Shown here piece by piece: positions 61,432 to 64,000 of a stretch of 64,000 bases of DNA. The stretch covers positions 186,001 through 250,000 of the IMG/VR virus record IMGVR_UViG_3300047445_000186; one strand, given 5' to 3'. The position numbers and the translations under genes were made by a program. Under the pieces are notes generated by a model that saw only the letters and a list, made by a program, of their open reading frames with translations, was not told the origin of the DNA and did no database searches. Position 1 is the stretch's first letter; the number at the start of each line of letters is the position of its first letter.

Positions 61432-62369
61432 TGGATAACATGTACACCTTCGAAGACGAATACCTGGATCTGCTCGATTTCATTCTGAAGCGCGGCGAAG
61501 ACCGCGGTGATCGCACTGGAACTGGAACACGCGCCGTGTTCGGCCAGCGCCTGCAGATTGATTTGAAGCAGGGTTTTCCGATCATGACGACCAAGAAGGT
61601 CGGTCTGAAGTCAATCATCTCTGAGCTCCTCTGGTTCGTTGAAGGCAGTGGTGATGAGCGGCGTCTGTGTGAGATTCTGTACGGTACCCGTGACGCTGCA
61701 AAGCGCACAATCTGGACCGACAATGCGAACTCCTCGTACTGGAAGCCGAACGCAGAATTTGAGGGTGACCTCGGACGCGTCTACGGTGTTCAGTGGAGGC
61801 ACTGGAAGAGTCTTACACTGAAAGAATCCGGGGCCCACGTCGATCATTCTGGTGGTTCCGAGACACATTTCGACGCGAAGGTTCTCGTGCAAGAGGTCGA
61901 TCAACTGAAGCGAGTGATCGATACCCTGAAGACGAACCCGACCGATCGTCGTCTCGTCCTGACGGCCTGGAACCCAGGCGAACTCGGCTCGATGGCTCTG
62001 CCACCATGCCACATGTTCGCGCAGTTCTTCTTGTCGAACAAGAACGAGCTGAGCTGCCAAATGTACCAGCGCTCGGTTGACGTGTTCCTCGGCTTGCCGT
62101 ACAACATCGCGTCGTACGCAGCACTGACGCACATGATTGCTCGAGTGATCGGTGCTGAGGTTGGTGAGCTGATCATGGTTCTCGGCGACACGCACATTTA
62201 TCAGAATCACATCGATCAAGTGAAGCTCCAGCTCAGCCGCGAACGATTCGATCTGCCAAAGCTCGTGATCAGCGGTGAGCAAAAATCCATTGACGATTTC
62301 AAGCTCGCCGATTTCTCCCTTGAAGGTTACCAGTGTCACGAAGCGATCAACGCCACAATGGCGATCTGA
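61431..62369 (+). CDS. thyA: Thymidylate synthase (canonical, dUMP-specific)
   Basis: DRTGTGT, ELLWF, PTDRR, MALPPCH, YQRSVDVFLGLPYNIASY (Asn) and DTHIYQNH. Confidence 0.95.
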   Translation: MDNMYTFEDEYLDLLDFILKRGEDRGDRTGTGTRAVFGQRLQIDLKQGFPIMTTKKVGLKSIISELLWFVEGSGDERRLCEILYGTRDAAKRTIWTDNANSSYWKPNAEFEGDLGRVYGVQWRHWKSLTLKESGAHVDHSGGSETHFDAKVLVQEVDQLKRVIDTLKTNPTDRRLVLTAWNPGELGSMALPPCHMFAQFFLSNKNELSCQMYQRSVDVFLGLPYNIASYAALTHMIARVIGAEVGELIMVLGDTHIYQNHIDQVKLQLSRERFDLPKLVISGEQKSIDDFKLADFSLEGYQCHEAINATMAI

Positions 62370-62854
62370 AGCCATCGGTTTTCTATCGGTACATCCGCCC
62401 GGCTCGGTTCCTTGAGAACCGCGCTGAGGTCGTCGTATCGCCGAACGGTGGGGTGTGTCTTCGTTTCGAGATCTACAGCGGTCAGCTCTGGTTCACGTTC
62501 GCTCGTGGATCTTCAAAGGACCGATTCTCAAAGGACGTCGCTAAGAAGATCGCGGATCATCGCTCGATGTCGGCACGAATCGTTCCAATCGGCGATATCA
62601 CTCCGTTCGCAGGAATTCTGCCAAAGGTCACGAAGGATACGGACGAGCTGATCACGCTCGTGATCGACTGGTGCCTGACTTGGTCAGCCCCTGAAACGCC
62701 AACTGGGAAATTCCTTCAGGTCGAGTACGATGAGCTCGCGAAACAGCTCGCGGAAATTCGCTTGAAAAATTCCCAGCAAGAAAAAACCGCCGAAGAATGG
62801 AAATCCATTCAGGCTGCAGCAAATTTCGCAGGACAATATCGTGCTCCAACGTGA
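62333..62854 (+). CDS. Hypothetical protein (start uncertain)
   Basis: Fills the gap between thyA and the macro-domain gene. Confidence 0.55.
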   Translation: MSRSDQRHNGDLKPSVFYRYIRPARFLENRAEVVVSPNGGVCLRFEIYSGQLWFTFARGSSKDRFSKDVAKKIADHRSMSARIVPIGDITPFAGILPKVTKDTDELITLVIDWCLTWSAPETPTGKFLQVEYDELAKQLAEIRLKNSQQEKTAEEWKSIQAAANFAGQYRAPT

Positions 62855-63362
62855 AGGCAATCTCCTTGACCATGTCAAGGCTGGGATCATCGTTCAACAA
62901 GTGAACGCCCAAGGCGTAATGGGATCTGGGATCGCGAAATCGATTCGAGATAAGTGGCCGGTCGTCTGGGAAGAGTACTCAAGGGTGGTTCGTCAGAGCA
63001 CGATTGACATGGGCGCCGGGTACATGGGGATGATCATTCCAGTCGAAGTCGAGAAGAACCTCTGGGTCGTGAACATCGTCGGCCAACAGTTCTATGGTCG
63101 TGAACCTGGGAAACGACCTGGCGGACGGTACACCTCGTACGACGCGCTTGACCTCGGCTTCCAGCGACTAGGCGCATTCGCTCTCGAGAACATGATCGTC
63201 GAAGATGGGCACTACACTGGATACCCGCAAATTCACTTCCCCTTGATCGGCTGCGGTCTTGGTGGCGGTAAGTGGAGTGTCGTTCAGGCGCTGATCAAGG
63301 ATCGGCTGCCTGGATTCCACAAGTTCCTTTGGACCCTTCCGGGGACGAAGGTACCGGCCTGA
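62841..63362 (+). CDS. Macro-domain (ADP-ribose / Appr-1''-p processing) protein
   Basis: GNLL, QQVNAQGVMGSGIA and PLIGCGLGGGKW. Confidence 0.88.
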   Translation: MLQREGNLLDHVKAGIIVQQVNAQGVMGSGIAKSIRDKWPVVWEEYSRVVRQSTIDMGAGYMGMIIPVEVEKNLWVVNIVGQQFYGREPGKRPGGRYTSYDALDLGFQRLGAFALENMIVEDGHYTGYPQIHFPLIGCGLGGGKWSVVQALIKDRLPGFHKFLWTLPGTKVPA

Positions 63363-63403
63363 CGCCTAAATATCAGGTCAAGAACACCGCTTAGCGGGAT
63401 TAT

Positions 63404-63577
63404 ATGGGACAACACATCAACACAAAGTCTACCAAGCGCAAGGTCAAAGAGCACGACGAAGGTGCTCGCCGTCAGCGCACGTCTTTCAAGCAGTACCTCC
63501 GGAATCTGGAAGAGTCCCTGCTTGAAGAAGAACTGGAAGACGACCTCGACGACTTGACAGGCTTGAACGACGAGTAA
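63404..63577 (+). CDS. 57-aa protein with a basic N-half and acidic C-half
   Basis: Translated by hand: MGQHINTKSTKRKVKEH...EESLLEEELEDDLDDLTGLNDE; TAAATA at 63367-63372. Confidence 0.65.
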   Translation: MGQHINTKSTKRKVKEHDEGARRQRTSFKQYLRNLEESLLEEELEDDLDDLTGLNDE

Positions 63578-63632
63578 CCCGGTTGGATTGAGGTTTGGTC
63601 TGTAAATAGCAGATCAAACTCCGAGTCCAACC

Positions 63633-64000
63633 ATGTTCGTCGTTCCCCTGATCGGTGACAGCATTGATGTCGGTGCAGGTGTTACGCACACTGTACTGTC
63701 TTATGCTGCGCTCAAAGATCAACCTGCAGTGTACGTTGAAAGCGAAGGTGCTGACACGCAAAGTGTCGAGTTCTCCGCGATCAAGAAAATCAACGGCACC
63801 CCAGTCACCCTGAGCACCAGCAAGATCTTCACTGCTAGTTCGCTCGTGAAGCGCACTGTCCAGCTCCCGCAGCCGGGTGACAAGGTCACTGTTGGCGGCC
63901 AGGTCCTGAAGGTAAAGGCTCTGAAACTCCGAGAACATGGAAAGCTGACGAACGGTCTGCTGGTAGCAGGTGTACCAGAAGGCTCGGACGAAGTAACCAC
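63633..64000 (+). CDS. Hypothetical protein, 3'-truncated by the window edge
   Basis: Open frame MFVVPLIGDSIDVG... to the window end; TAAATA at 63603-63608. Confidence 0.65.
   Translation, partial: MFVVPLIGDSIDVGAGVTHTVLSYAALKDQPAVYVESEGADTQSVEFSAIKKINGTPVTLSTSKIFTASSLVKRTVQLPQPGDKVTVGGQVLKVKALKLREHGKLTNGLLVAGVPEGSDEVT

Noticed and set aside
1-64000. tRNA, rRNA, integrase or transposase
   Set aside because: I found no T-arm/cloverleaf, rRNA segment or recombinase motif by eye; tRNAscan-SE and Infernal would be needed to exclude them formally.

Overview
This 64 kb window comes from a large, GC-rich, T4-superfamily-like (jumbo) lytic phage genome. I saw no tRNA, rRNA, CRISPR array or integrase. 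Layout: (i) 1-4.9 kb, a PrkA/YeaG-YeaH-YcgB/SpoVR triad; (ii) 5-24.6 kb, a mostly minus-strand tail fibre/adhesin block (three S74-chaperone fibres, two polyglycine adhesins, three C1q-like proteins, a LamG fibre with 46-aa repeats), trailed by a fatty-acid desaturase and a Fe/2OG-type oxygenase; (iii) 24.7-64 kb, mostly plus-strand nucleotide metabolism, replication and repair genes and many small ORFs (DinG and UvrD helicases, topoisomerase II, Fpg/Nei, two J-domain proteins, KptA, ThyA, macro domain). The strongest signal is a dispersed but apparently co-regulated cytosine hypermodification pathway: a T4 gp42-like dCMP-modifying enzyme, a dNMP kinase, a T4 beta-glucosyltransferase homolog followed by a UDG-fold protein, an arabinose-5-phosphate isomerase and a fused nucleotidyltransferase/APH kinase. 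Its three operons are each preceded by a similar TG(T)AAC...GTTACAAT motif. Other notable signals are two small ORFs carrying isolated gp23 major-capsid motifs, a GTTACA-N20-TACAAT promoter class, a TAAATA late-promoter motif, a bL12 C-terminal-domain protein and a Rap1a-like protein. All family assignments are motif recognition by eye, with no database search.
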